From a virus: DNA of 64,000 nt. A program made the translations under genes and the position numbers. The notes under the pieces are model-generated. The model was not told the DNA's origin, did no database searches, and saw only the letters and a program-made list of their open reading frames with translations. This document shows, piece after piece, positions 27,211-36,728 of the stretch (positions within the stretch are counted from its first letter, which is position 1; each line of letters opens with the position of its first letter). Location of the stretch: the IMG/VR virus record IMGVR_UViG_3300043178_000025, one strand, 5' to 3'.

Positions 27211-27467
27211 TGCGCGGCAGGCGCGTGTACGGGCGTCGGATGGCGGAAGACGGCAGGGGTCCGAGCGAACGCATGGTCATGATGGAGCACGCCATCCGTC
27301 TCGTCGAGAACTTCTTCCATCGCGGAGAAGACCCGCTCGACAGGGGCGACGCTCCGAAGGTTCGCCCGGACATGACGCCCGAGGAGATGACCTGCTACAA
27401 GCAGGCGCTCCAGTTCTTGCAGCGTGAGTTCGGGCGCGGCTGGAGGGAGGACGGAGCCTCCGGATGA
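27210..27467 (+). CDS. hypothetical protein
   Basis: TGATG coupling. Confidence 0.55.
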   Translation: MRGRRVYGRRMAEDGRGPSERMVMMEHAIRLVENFFHRGEDPLDRGDAPKVRPDMTPEEMTCYKQALQFLQREFGRGWREDGASG

Positions 27468-27681
27468 CAGCATCAAGAAAGTGGAGTGGGAGGAGAGGCT
27501 CGATCTTGCTCCGCGCTGGCACAGTCTCGCGACTAAAGGGCGGGACGGGAACCTTGTGGCCCGGCGAATCGACAGTACAGAGGCATTCCGTGTCGAGATG
27601 GAAGCCTCACGGCACGGCGAGCGCGGGAACGAGCTTGAGGTCTATGTCGCCTTTGAGGGATGGATGTTCACGGGCCTATGA
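27424..27681 (+). CDS. hypothetical protein
   Basis: Stop overlaps the next ATG; start uncertain. Confidence 0.45.
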   Translation: MSSGAAGGRTEPPDDSIKKVEWEERLDLAPRWHSLATKGRDGNLVARRIDSTEAFRVEMEASRHGERGNELEVYVAFEGWMFTGL

Positions 27682-28058
27682 TCCGGCTGCACGTCGTAGA
27701 GAGGGAGATCGCTCAGGAGTGGGTGGACGCCCACGTCAAGAAGCACACGAAGGATTACTGGCTCCGGATTCCTGACACGGCATCCGGAACGAAACCCTTC
27801 GACGGGGTCCTCTACTGCGAGCACGCGAGGAAGGTCGTCGCGATTGAGTTCAAGGTGTGGCGGGAGAAGGGGCCCTTCAAGTGGTCCTGCGTGAGGCCGC
27901 ACCAGCTTCGGGAACTTCTTCTGTGGAAGCGAGCGGGAGGCATGGCGTGGGTATTGGTCTACCACGAGCGGACGGGGAAGTGGACCGTCTACGAACCAAC
28001 GCGAGAAAGGCTGGCCCGGGCCCTTTCACCCCTCCGTTCTCGCGTGGAGAGCCGATGA
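27678..28058 (+). CDS. RecU-like / PD-(D/E)xK Holliday-junction resolvase
   Basis: KPFDGV..AIEFK..VRPHQLRELL..AGGMAWVLV. Confidence 0.7.
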   Translation: MIRLHVVEREIAQEWVDAHVKKHTKDYWLRIPDTASGTKPFDGVLYCEHARKVVAIEFKVWREKGPFKWSCVRPHQLRELLLWKRAGGMAWVLVYHERTGKWTVYEPTRERLARALSPLRSRVESR

Positions 28059-28504
28059 GCTACGAAGAGATGAATTCGCCCGAGCACATGGTCTGCATGG
28101 TGATCTACGATCACGACAAGGCTAAGGCGAAGGGCTACTCCGAGCAGGACCTCTTTGAGTGGATCATGGTCGTCGAAGACTGGCTCTACAGTCTAGGCGC
28201 AGCGCAGATCAGCAAGGGTGTCGGCTACGGCGAACTGTCGCTCGGGATCAGGAACGCGATGAGCATTGTGGCGTACTGGAAAGGCGCGATCCCGAACGAT
28301 ACGCTCTTGGCCGACATCGTCATGAAGGAGTCGATGAAAGCGTCCCACACCATGCGGATCGAGGAGCACGATCCGCTCGTGATGAAGGCGCTGCTTTCGG
28401 CGTGGAAGTACAGGGACATGAACAACCTCTCCCGTTACAAGGCCATCGCGGAGGCGGCGCTCACGATCCAGAAGGTGACAGGTCTTGAGCCTCGGCAGCT
28501 ATGA
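28055..28504 (+). CDS. hypothetical protein
   Basis: ATGA overlaps. Confidence 0.65.
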   Translation: MSYEEMNSPEHMVCMVIYDHDKAKAKGYSEQDLFEWIMVVEDWLYSLGAAQISKGVGYGELSLGIRNAMSIVAYWKGAIPNDTLLADIVMKESMKASHTMRIEEHDPLVMKALLSAWKYRDMNNLSRYKAIAEAALTIQKVTGLEPRQL

Positions 28505-28986
28505 GACGGAGAAGGCTGCGTGAGGAGGCGTTCTTCGTACAACTGAAACGGAAAGGACTTCTCATGGATCAAGGGCAGGCGTTCCTGAGCGCGACGGACC
28601 TCGTCGAGCCGGAAAAGCTCCTCAAAGGCTCGCCCTGCGCGATCACGGTGGCCGTGGACAATGGCTACATCGTGATCTTCCAGCCTGCAAAGGGTCGGCT
28701 CAAGGCTGCGACGTTGTTCCCAAGGGTGCGTCCTCCCGGAGTGGGCAGCCCGATGCTTCCGGAAGACGAGGAGAAGCTCATGAACGCCGGGATCGAACGT
28801 CGGCGTGAGGTGGCTGTTCATACGGAACGGTCGAAGATGCGCGTGCGTGTCTACCCGGCGCTCTCGCAGGCCATGGACGAGATCAAGAAGTTCTACGAGG
28901 GCGGCGGCGTCGTGCCGGGCATCGACTTCGAGAAGCGGGCCGAGGAGTCCGTGGGCGACTACACGGAAGGAGACGTGATCGCGTGA
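28501..28986 (+). CDS. hypothetical protein
   Basis: 161-aa ORF. Confidence 0.65.
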   Translation: MRRRRLREEAFFVQLKRKGLLMDQGQAFLSATDLVEPEKLLKGSPCAITVAVDNGYIVIFQPAKGRLKAATLFPRVRPPGVGSPMLPEDEEKLMNAGIERRREVAVHTERSKMRVRVYPALSQAMDEIKKFYEGGGVVPGIDFEKRAEESVGDYTEGDVIA

Positions 28987-29411
28987 GCGTGTCGCTCTAT
29001 CTGGTCCACCGCGAAGAGGCCCTCGCGAAGGGCTTCGTTCCGGAGGACTTCACGATGTACCTCGACTTTCTGTCGGCGTGGCTGGCGACGCTCGGGGTCA
29101 ACGATTTCAGCTACGGCTCTCTTCCGGACAACGAAAAGCGTCCGCAGTTTCAGGGTGGCATCGTCGCCTACATCGAGCCGCCCAAGGACGCGAGTCCGGA
29201 GCTTGAGAGCTTTCTTGCGTCCATGGCGATGACGCAGGACATGGGCAACTGGGGCCCCTACGCGCTCCAGAATCTCGATCCGAAGCTGATGAAGATGGTC
29301 CTTGCCGCGTGGCGTCTCAGAAACGAATATCACAGGAAGAAGCTGGAGCAGGTGACGAGGAAGATCGGGGGAGCCCTGCGGTCGTTGCAGAACGCCGCCC
29401 TTGAGGAGTAA
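28983..29411 (+). CDS. hypothetical protein
   Basis: GTGA overlap. Confidence 0.65.
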   Translation: MSVSLYLVHREEALAKGFVPEDFTMYLDFLSAWLATLGVNDFSYGSLPDNEKRPQFQGGIVAYIEPPKDASPELESFLASMAMTQDMGNWGPYALQNLDPKLMKMVLAAWRLRNEYHRKKLEQVTRKIGGALRSLQNAALEE

Positions 29412-29415
29412 CGGC

Positions 29416-29853
29416 ATGAGGGGAAATTTCAAGCACGGTCACATACTGAACGGTATCCGGACGAAGACGTATCGTGTGTGGCAGGCGATGATGGAGCGGT
29501 GCCGTTCTCAGAAGAATTATGTAGATCGTGGAATTCGTGTCTGTAAGCGGTGGCTCAAGTTCGAGAACTTCCTTGCCGACATGGGCGAAACGCCTGCTGG
29601 CCTCACGTTGGAGCGGAAGAACAACAGCGGGAACTACAGCCCATCGAACTGTCGGTGGGCAAGCCGCAAGGAGCAGCAGCGTAACCGAAGGGCAAATCAT
29701 TACATGCGTTTTCGCGGAACACGCCTGAGCGTTGCTGAGTGGGCTGAACGGATTCGTATGAATCCGGTTACGCTCGTTCATAGGCTGCGTCGCGGGTGGT
29801 CTGTACGCAGATCGTTGACGGAGCCGACCATGGCTCAGTACAGGAGACGGTGA
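29416..29853 (+). CDS. HNH homing-type endonuclease (paralog of 21648 and 48225)
   Basis: RGIRVCKRWLKFENFLADMGETPAGLTLERKNNSGNYSPSNCRWA. Confidence 0.85.
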   Translation: MRGNFKHGHILNGIRTKTYRVWQAMMERCRSQKNYVDRGIRVCKRWLKFENFLADMGETPAGLTLERKNNSGNYSPSNCRWASRKEQQRNRRANHYMRFRGTRLSVAEWAERIRMNPVTLVHRLRRGWSVRRSLTEPTMAQYRRR

Positions 29854-30233
29854 TGAACGAAGTTCCGAGAACTACGGTTACGATAGTCAAAGTCGATAAT
29901 GGATTCTGCGTGACCTTCCTCGACCCGGGTCCGATCCTCAAGGCCGCGCAGGACGCGATGAAGCCGTCGGGTCCGGCGATCCGGAGCGACGACGACATCG
30001 ACCGGACCATCGAGGCCATGATCGAGTTCAACAAGCACATGCACAGCCAGATCGTCGAAGAGGAAAGCTGGAAGAACGACGAAGCGAAGCGTGCGCTCGT
30101 GCGCGAGGGATTCAAGCTCAGTTTCCCGCAGTTCTTCGAGAAGATGCAGCCGCAGGTGAGCCTGCTTCTTCCGCAGTCCTACGTCTTCACGAAGATCGAG
30201 GACCTCGTCAAGTTCATCAAGGCGAAGCTCTAG
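29853..30233 (+). CDS. hypothetical protein
   Basis: TGATG coupling. Confidence 0.65.
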   Translation: MNEVPRTTVTIVKVDNGFCVTFLDPGPILKAAQDAMKPSGPAIRSDDDIDRTIEAMIEFNKHMHSQIVEEESWKNDEAKRALVREGFKLSFPQFFEKMQPQVSLLLPQSYVFTKIEDLVKFIKAKL

Positions 30234-30241
30234 GAGGTGGC

Positions 30242-30736
30242 ATGAGGCTCAGTCAGTCAGAAAAGGCCCTCATCGTGACGCTCAGGCGTCAGACGGCGTC
30301 GGTGCTCGGGCCGAAGAGGAATCCCGTGGGGCCGGACCGTGCGACGGTGGAGCAGTCCGACGCGGCGGCGATCCTGCGCGTGAACCGCTTCATCCGGCGG
30401 GGCTTCATCGTCTTCGCCAGAAAGCTCACGGGCACGGACCGCAAGATCGCACGGTTCCGTGCGGCGCAGGTCTCGGAGGTCTCGAAGCGGATCAAGCAGA
30501 AGCTCATGGGGTCCAAGCCGATCTCGCGGCTCATCATCACGGGCAACGACGCCGTCTTCTACTTCGGCGCTCTCGAAGCCACGCACAAGCACTTCAGCGC
30601 GGTCGCGAAGAACTACGTCGAGGCATCGAAGGACCCCAAGCAGGCCGAGGTCGAGGCGAAGGAGGCGCTGTGGGCGATCCGGAGCCTCATTCAGGTCGGA
30701 CACATGCCCGTCGAGAAGAGCAGGTTCCTGAAATGA
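30242..30736 (+). CDS. hypothetical protein
   Basis: GGAGG RBS, 164 aa. Confidence 0.7.
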   Translation: MRLSQSEKALIVTLRRQTASVLGPKRNPVGPDRATVEQSDAAAILRVNRFIRRGFIVFARKLTGTDRKIARFRAAQVSEVSKRIKQKLMGSKPISRLIITGNDAVFYFGALEATHKHFSAVAKNYVEASKDPKQAEVEAKEALWAIRSLIQVGHMPVEKSRFLK

Positions 30737-30873
30737 GTTGGAAGCGGAAGAAACCGCGTCGTCGCGTCCGTTGCCATCTCTGCACGGACGCCCGGGCGGG
30801 AAACTCGCTCAAGGCCCTCGGGCGTCATCCACGGAAGTCGAAGAAGTTCTGGCCCAAGGTGGAGGAAGCGTAA
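30733..30873 (+). CDS. small basic protein
   Basis: ATGA overlap; CHLC. Confidence 0.45.
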   Translation: MSWKRKKPRRRVRCHLCTDARAGNSLKALGRHPRKSKKFWPKVEEA

Positions 30874-30874
30874 C

Positions 30875-30979
30875 AGGGGGCCGTGCGGGTGCTGAACCCG
30901 AGGCCGCTCCGCAGGTTTCAGCGGGTGGCCGAGCCGTTCGAGTCGGCTTCAAGGCGGCGGCTTTCAGCCACGGCCCTCT
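30875..30979 (+). ncRNA. candidate structured ncRNA with a T-loop arm
   Basis: 11-bp closing stem enclosing 3-4 hairpins, one being AGCCG-TTCGAGT-CGGCT. Confidence 0.5.
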
Positions 30980-31007
30980 GTTCCACTTCTTCTACATGGA
31001 GGCTCAC

Positions 31008-31271
31008 ATGATTCAGGTGAATGGCGTGATGGTGAAGATCGGTCAGGTCTGGGAGGACTGCGACCGCCGGACGAGGGGTAAGAATCCGCGCCTTCTGACG
31101 GTGGTCGCCATTGAGACGGACGGCCAGATGGTCAAGGTGAAGTCGAGCCGAGGTCCGACGACGTGGATCAAGGCGTCGCGTCTCAAGCCGGGCTCGACGG
31201 GCTACAAGCTCGTCAAGGACGTGGAGCCCGTGGCGACGGGTCTGTCGTCCGGTCCGGCACCGACGCAGTAG
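31008..31271 (+). CDS. small SH3-like protein
   Basis: GGAGG RBS; VKIGQVWED..LTVVAIE..VKV. Confidence 0.65.
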   Translation: MIQVNGVMVKIGQVWEDCDRRTRGKNPRLLTVVAIETDGQMVKVKSSRGPTTWIKASRLKPGSTGYKLVKDVEPVATGLSSGPAPTQ

Positions 31272-31279
31272 GAGGGCTC

Positions 31280-31756
31280 GTGCCCACATACGCGAAGACC
31301 ACAAGCGTTCCCGTAGATCGCTCGAAAGCGGAGATCGAACGGACGCTGTCACGCTTCGGAGCCAGTTCCTTCATGTACGGCTGGGACGGAGAGGCCCGTG
31401 GCGCGGGCATCCAGTTCAAGATGAACGACCGCCTCATCCGGTTCACGATCCCCATGCCGGACCGCGAGGAGTTCCGGGTCACGGACAAGGGACGGAAGCG
31501 TCCGGGTGGCGAGAGCGCCGTGGACAACGCATGGGAGCAGGCGATCCGGCAGCGGTGGCGGGCGCTCGTGCTCGTCATCAAGGCGAAGCTCGAAGCCGTG
31601 GAGAGCCAGATCGTGGCGTTCGAGCAGGAGTTCATGCCCTTCGTTGTGATGCCGGGCGGGAAGACCGTCTATGAAATGGCGAAGGGAGAAGTCGCTCTTG
31701 CCTACGAGAAGGGAAGCCCGCCTGCGATGCTTCTCGGTCTTGCGAGCAAGAAATGA
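31280..31756 (+). CDS. conserved phage hypothetical protein
   Basis: YAKTTSVPVDRSKAEIE..QRWRALVLVIKAKLEAVES..FEQEF. Confidence 0.75.
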   Translation: MPTYAKTTSVPVDRSKAEIERTLSRFGASSFMYGWDGEARGAGIQFKMNDRLIRFTIPMPDREEFRVTDKGRKRPGGESAVDNAWEQAIRQRWRALVLVIKAKLEAVESQIVAFEQEFMPFVVMPGGKTVYEMAKGEVALAYEKGSPPAMLLGLASKK

Positions 31757-31887
31757 TCCTCGCCTACCCGCTCACGATGAACGAGGAACTCTTCGAGAAG
31801 ATGATCCTCATGCACCTCGGTCTCGCCGTGATCGTGGGGGTCATATGGCTGATCTCGGAGTGGCGGGAACGGAGGAAAAGACGGTGA
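31753..31887 (+). CDS. small membrane protein
   Basis: Hydrophobic helix then basic tail; read by hand. Confidence 0.5.
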   Translation: MILAYPLTMNEELFEKMILMHLGLAVIVGVIWLISEWRERRKRR

Positions 31888-32102
31888 TGAACGTGCAAGG
31901 ATATGCGCCTGCGGGCTGGCCTCCGCTTCCGGAGCGGATTCTTGAGGCGGCGGTGCAGGGCCTCACGGCGAACATGACCGTGGACCCGAAGCAGCCGCAG
32001 GTGATCGCGTCCATGGCCGTCGCGATCACGGAGGCGGTGATGAAGCAGGTGACGGGTCAGGAATCCAAGCTCGTCTGGCACGGGGCGGGTTTGAACGTAT
32101 GA
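31887..32102 (+). CDS. hypothetical protein
   Basis: TGATG coupling. Confidence 0.55.
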   Translation: MNVQGYAPAGWPPLPERILEAAVQGLTANMTVDPKQPQVIASMAVAITEAVMKQVTGQESKLVWHGAGLNV

Positions 32103-32122
32103 TTGGAGGGCAGGAGGTCCAC

Positions 32123-32764
32123 ATGAACGGCGTGATGAAGTCCACGACGGCTCCCGATCCGGGGCACTCCGAGATCAGGCCGATCCAGACGGCTCCCCCG
32201 TCAGATGTTGTCGTGCAGCAGCCGCTCTCGATGCCGATGCAGGAAGCGGCTGAGGTCTTCGCGGACGACCGGATCGTGGACCCCATCGACCAGTCCATAC
32301 CGTCGCTGCCGACGCACGCGACGATGCAGGACTTCGAGGTAGGCATGTCGGACGTTCCGTCCCGTGACGACGCCGATCTCGTCTCGATCCTTCAGGGGCT
32401 TCTCTCGAACATGAGCACCGACCCTCTGGCGGTCGAGAAGAACGTGAGCCTCGCCGCGCAGTATCTCGATGCCGCGAAGAAGAGGCTCGCCGAGCGCCGC
32501 GCCGAGGAGATTCGCGAGGAGCAGAGGATGATGGAAGAGGCGATCAAGAGCAAGGGGTTGGGCCCTTACATGCGACCGCTGCGCCCGCCTCTGGCCGACC
32601 TCAACGAGTTTCAGGCGGCGAACCCGTCGCTTTTCAAGGACGACGACGATGCGTTCACGGAAGTTCAGGACCTCGCGGCACCGCAGGCCGCGCCGTCCGA
32701 GGAGGGGAAGGATGTCGAACCTTCCAGCGGCCCCGAAGGGGCCGAACATGCCCAAGGCGCTTGA
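32123..32764 (+). CDS. hypothetical acidic protein
   Basis: AGGAGG RBS. Confidence 0.65.
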   Translation: MNGVMKSTTAPDPGHSEIRPIQTAPPSDVVVQQPLSMPMQEAAEVFADDRIVDPIDQSIPSLPTHATMQDFEVGMSDVPSRDDADLVSILQGLLSNMSTDPLAVEKNVSLAAQYLDAAKKRLAERRAEEIREEQRMMEEAIKSKGLGPYMRPLRPPLADLNEFQAANPSLFKDDDDAFTEVQDLAAPQAAPSEEGKDVEPSSGPEGAEHAQGA

Positions 32765-33230
32765 GAAGGCGCTTCTGGGTGGAGTGACCGGATTCGTGTC
32801 CGGACTCATGGAGGATGTGATGGGCTCAAGCTCCAAGGACTGGGGGGAGGTGAACGTGGCCCACAATAACGCCGTGCGTCGCGAGCAGATCGCGGCTCGC
32901 GTACTGGCGTCGCTGGCCGGGAACGTCGCGGCTCCGCTCGATCAGCCGGATCGTTTGGTGAGCATGGCGATAGACCTCACGTCGAAGCTCATGGTCCGGC
33001 TCGACGAGGAGGCGAAGAAGGACGGCGCGGAACTGGAGGCGTTGAAGAAGGCGGTCCAAGCGTCCGTGGAAGCAGAAATTGGGAGTCAGGGTGCGTCGCC
33101 CTACATGACGGGGTTGCCTCCGAAGGCGGTGGGCCCGCTTACGCTCAAGACGAACACGCCTCCAGTTCCGGGTCCGTTTACGCAGTTCTCCAGCGGTTTC
33201 GAGAACGCGGGAGACCCCGCGATCCTGTGA
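32712..33230 (+). CDS. hypothetical protein
   Basis: EQIAARVLASLAG..VSMAIDLTSKLMVRL resembles the ERILEAAVQGL..MAVAITEAVMKQV segment of 31887. Confidence 0.6.
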   Translation: MSNLPAAPKGPNMPKALEKALLGGVTGFVSGLMEDVMGSSSKDWGEVNVAHNNAVRREQIAARVLASLAGNVAAPLDQPDRLVSMAIDLTSKLMVRLDEEAKKDGAELEALKKAVQASVEAEIGSQGASPYMTGLPPKAVGPLTLKTNTPPVPGPFTQFSSGFENAGDPAIL

Positions 33231-33433
33231 AGATCGTCTGCTACGGCTGCGGCAAGGGCATGGGGGATACCGACGTGGACCCCACGGACGAGATCAAGGT
33301 CTGGTACGGGATGCACGAAGGCTGCGAGACGGCGATGATCTTCCAGATGGACTGGCACGTCTTCAACGAGCACGTTCGTAAGCAGAATCTCTTGCCGAGG
33401 AAGGGCGATGCAGGAATGGCTCCTTCGGTGTAG
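33227..33433 (+). CDS. hypothetical protein
   Basis: CYGC..HEGC; GTGA overlap. Confidence 0.55.
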   Translation: MKIVCYGCGKGMGDTDVDPTDEIKVWYGMHEGCETAMIFQMDWHVFNEHVRKQNLLPRKGDAGMAPSV

Positions 33434-33686
33434 GAGTTGCAAGAGGCTCTACGCATCCGTGGCCGCTCTCGAAGGCCACCCGATCATCTGGGAGAGTCCG
33501 GCGGTGCTTCCATGGTGTCATCGGCTGCCGTCCGGATGTCCGGATGCTGAAGTCGTCCTGAAGGAGGATGCCTTCGCTGCGATCTGTCGCATGTTGAGCG
33601 ACGAAGAGAAGCCGATGGTTCACACGAGCGTCTGCTTCACGTTCTACGATGGCACTACGAAGTGGTGGTTTCCCGGAGAATCATGA
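33408..33686 (+). CDS. hypothetical protein
   Basis: 92-aa ORF. Confidence 0.5.
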   Translation: MQEWLLRCRSCKRLYASVAALEGHPIIWESPAVLPWCHRLPSGCPDAEVVLKEDAFAAICRMLSDEEKPMVHTSVCFTFYDGTTKWWFPGES

Positions 33687-34000
33687 TGGGCTGGAACTAT
33701 CGCGTGATCCGGAACCGGGAAAGGGACCGGATGGACCCGAAGAAGTGGGTCTACTGGTTCGCGATCCACGAAGCCTACTACGACGACTACGGGCGCATCT
33801 GGGCCATCTCGAAGGACGGCATGGGTCCTCACGGCGAGACCTTCGCGGAACTGAAGAGCGACTTCACGGGCTTCATGGCCGCGTTCCAGAAGCCCGTTCT
33901 CGACTACTGGAAGCTCCCGGAAAAGGGCGCTCAAGGGCCGTGCAGGGGTACGGATTGTCAACGTGTGAAGGAGAGGAAACGTGGGAAACGAGTTCGGTGA
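33683..34000 (+). CDS. conserved phage hypothetical protein
   Basis: WNYRVI..FAIHEAYYDD motif. Confidence 0.7.
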   Translation: MMGWNYRVIRNRERDRMDPKKWVYWFAIHEAYYDDYGRIWAISKDGMGPHGETFAELKSDFTGFMAAFQKPVLDYWKLPEKGAQGPCRGTDCQRVKERKRGKRVR

Positions 34001-34199
34001 CACTCTGGTCGCGTGCGTGGAGTGCGGCGTCGTTCTCGTGGCTGAGAAGGTGACGACGGACGAGAACCTCGTCGAGACCGCTGCGAAGACGGGCAGGCCG
34101 TTCGTAGGCCGCGTGTGCTTCGTGTGCCGTCTTTCGGAGGGCGCGGTCTCCGCGTCGTGGCGTCTCCTCAAGGGACCTCTGCGGGTGCCGAGGAAATGA
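33981..34199 (+). CDS. hypothetical zinc-binding protein
   Basis: CVEC..CFVC. Confidence 0.5.
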   Translation: MGNEFGDTLVACVECGVVLVAEKVTTDENLVETAAKTGRPFVGRVCFVCRLSEGAVSASWRLLKGPLRVPRK

Positions 34200-34948
34200 C
34201 ACGGACCGCTCTGAAGGTTCCCGTCAATACGGTCCTGCTCGGGGACTGCCTGTCGATCATGAGGGAGTGGCCGGACGAGAGCATCGACCTCGTCCTGACG
34301 AGCCCGCCCTACAACCTGCGGAACTCGTCCGGCAACGGCATGAAGGACGGGCGCGGCGGCAAGTGGTCCACGGCGCAGCTTCTCAAGGGCTACGCATCGA
34401 CGGACGACGCCATGCCCCACGGCCAGTACGTGTCGTGGCAGCGCGACGTGCTCTGGGAGTTGTGGCGGCTCCTCAAGCCGGACGGCGCGATCTTCTACAA
34501 CCACAAGTGGCGGGTCCAGAACGGACTTCTTCAGGACCGGGCCGACATCGTGAGCGTGATCTCGGACAAGGGCCTGCGGCAGATCATCGTGTGGAAGAGG
34601 AAGGGCGGGATCAACTTCAATCCCGGGTACTTCCTGCCGACCTATGAGGTGATCTACGTGTTCGCGAAGCCGGACTTCACGCTCTCGCCGAAAGCGAACG
34701 CGCATGGCGACGTGTGGGACATTCCGCAGGAACGGGACAATCCGCATCCGGCCCCGTTCCCGCTCGCGCTTGCGGAGCGCGTCGTCGGCTCGACGAAGGC
34801 GAAGATCGTGCTCGACCCTTTCGTCGGGTCAGGGACGACCTGCGTGGCGGCGAAGAAGCTCGGCAGGAAGTACATCGGTCTGGACAACAGCCCGGAGTAC
34901 GTGGAGCTTGCGGAACGAAGACTGCGAGGTGAAAAATGGCAAGGGTGA
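34196..34948 (+). CDS. beta-class amino DNA methyltransferase (SPPY, probably N4-C)
   Basis: SIDLVLTSPPYN, HPAPFPLAL, VLDPFVGSGTT. Confidence 0.93.
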   Translation: MTRTALKVPVNTVLLGDCLSIMREWPDESIDLVLTSPPYNLRNSSGNGMKDGRGGKWSTAQLLKGYASTDDAMPHGQYVSWQRDVLWELWRLLKPDGAIFYNHKWRVQNGLLQDRADIVSVISDKGLRQIIVWKRKGGINFNPGYFLPTYEVIYVFAKPDFTLSPKANAHGDVWDIPQERDNPHPAPFPLALAERVVGSTKAKIVLDPFVGSGTTCVAAKKLGRKYIGLDNSPEYVELAERRLRGEKWQG

Positions 34949-35232
34949 AGAAAGAGGTCCCGAACGTGATGTCGCGGCAGGGTGCCAACGAATGTCCACA
35001 GGTCGGATCGGTCGCGATCCGCAGGGCCGATGACAAGATGTGGCTCAGGCAGGCGGGCGGGACGTTCGAGCAGGACGACATCAAGGGGGAGTTCTCGTCC
35101 TGCGTCGGCATCAGCGGTGGCCCCGTCGCCATCGTCAACCTGACGCGGGGCGAGGAGCGCAGGCAGTACATCATCGACGTGCGCGAGTTCGTCGAGGCCG
35201 TGCTCGACGCCGAGGCGAAGCTGAAGGGGTAG
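34936..35232 (+). CDS. hypothetical protein
   Basis: GAGG RBS. Confidence 0.65.
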   Translation: MARVKKEVPNVMSRQGANECPQVGSVAIRRADDKMWLRQAGGTFEQDDIKGEFSSCVGISGGPVAIVNLTRGEERRQYIIDVREFVEAVLDAEAKLKG

Positions 35233-35239
35233 AGGTACG

Positions 35240-35770
35240 ATGGCAAGGGTGAAAGGGTCGCAGGCAGCGAAGGCTGCGGCGGCGAAGAAAGTCGCGGCCA
35301 CGACGGGTGGGGGCGGCACGGCAAGGGTGCATCCCAAGGGCTGCAAGTGCCACAGGTGCTCGAAACATCCCGCTGGATGCAAGTGTCGGTACTGCCACTT
35401 CCAGACTCGTCGGAAACTCTGGTCGCGGCGACGCAGTTACCGTCGGCGTCACATGCTGCTGAATCCTCGTCGTGCGTGGTCTCCAGAGAACGAGAACAAG
35501 GTGACGGAGGACATCTTCGACAAGGTCTACAAGTATTTCGAGGTCGGGACCTACGAAGCTGTCGCCCGGGAATGCAGGAAGCTCGTGCAGTCCTGCGACC
35601 TCTGCAAGGGAACGGGCATCGACAAAGGCAGGCAGGACCCTGCGAATCCAGAAGACCCGCGTCTCTGCCCGAGATGCAGCGACGCCCGGTACGCGCTCAA
35701 GGTCCTTGACGGCCTTCGTGACAGCGCCGCCGACGTGAAGCCGAAGGCGGTCTACAAGGAGGAGCCGTGA
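35240..35770 (+). CDS. basic Cys-rich hypothetical protein
   Basis: HPKGCKC repeats, CDLCKGTG..CPRC. Confidence 0.6.
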   Translation: MARVKGSQAAKAAAAKKVAATTGGGGTARVHPKGCKCHRCSKHPAGCKCRYCHFQTRRKLWSRRRSYRRRHMLLNPRRAWSPENENKVTEDIFDKVYKYFEVGTYEAVARECRKLVQSCDLCKGTGIDKGRQDPANPEDPRLCPRCSDARYALKVLDGLRDSAADVKPKAVYKEEP

Positions 35771-36207
35771 AGCGGAACTCGTGGTTTGTAGTGAAGTGGG
35801 AAGACAGCGTGGACTTCGAGAGGACGGAGTGGTTTCCTGCTCTCGGGAAGAAGTTCGAGCGTACCTTTCGGAAGGCCGCTCAGGTTGCGGCTGAAGTTGG
35901 GCAGGGACCCGAAGTCATCGCAGCGAAGCTCAACATCGAACTCGTCACGAGCAGGAAGCGTATGTACTGGCGCGAGGACTGGGAGAAGGTGGACGAACTC
36001 GAAGGCGACTCCGTGTGGACCGCGTACCGTCGCGAGGCGCTCAAATTCCAGAAGCGGGCTGACGCTGATGCGTTCGCGTTCGAGAGAGCGAAGCTCTTCC
36101 CACCGTTCATCGGGCTCATCGCCGTGGAGCGTCTGCGCTGGAATCCCAATCCGAAAGGCCCCATCACGTATCCCGGCCCGAAGGTGAGCATGGCTCTGGC
36201 GACATGA
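35767..36207 (+). CDS. paralog family A protein
   Basis: ALKFQKRADADAFAF..FPPFIGLIAV. Confidence 0.65.
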   Translation: MKRNSWFVVKWEDSVDFERTEWFPALGKKFERTFRKAAQVAAEVGQGPEVIAAKLNIELVTSRKRMYWREDWEKVDELEGDSVWTAYRREALKFQKRADADAFAFERAKLFPPFIGLIAVERLRWNPNPKGPITYPGPKVSMALAT

Positions 36208-36728
36208 GCAACCTCGGCCTGCGCTTCGTCGGCTGGTGCATCCTCGGCCCGAAAGGTCTCTTCCTACACGGCCTCGGGGAGGAATACTTCGGCGGGGCGA
36301 AGTGGGTCAGTATCGGGGACGAGCCGACGTTCTATGTGGAGAAGGAAGGGGCTGAAGACATGATCGCGCAGCTTGTCCTGCTCGACGCCTCGCTGATGGA
36401 TCGCCTTCAGATTCAGGAGGCGTACAGGCTGGCCGACGGGCAGTACGTCATCAAGGCTCAAGTGAACAGGACGGCGTGGCTGATCGTCATGGCTCCGGAC
36501 GGTCCCGACCAATGGGACATTGAGAAGTGGACCTACTGGACCGGAGGCGGATGGACGGAACGGAACTGGAAGGCGAAGGCATACTCTACCGAGGGGGAAG
36601 CGGACACCGTTGCCTTCGGCATGACCATGCACGACCACTCTCTTGTCAACAAGATTCACGTCTGGCGTTTCGAGCAGCCCGTTGGAGACTTCGCCGGAAT
36701 CAGGCCGTGGAGACGAGTCGATGGGTAG
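36204..36728 (+). CDS. protein with two tandem family A domains
   Basis: FYVEKEGAEDMIAQL..DRLQI and AKAYSTEGEADTVAF..NKIHV. Confidence 0.7.
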   Translation: MSNLGLRFVGWCILGPKGLFLHGLGEEYFGGAKWVSIGDEPTFYVEKEGAEDMIAQLVLLDASLMDRLQIQEAYRLADGQYVIKAQVNRTAWLIVMAPDGPDQWDIEKWTYWTGGGWTERNWKAKAYSTEGEADTVAFGMTMHDHSLVNKIHVWRFEQPVGDFAGIRPWRRVDG

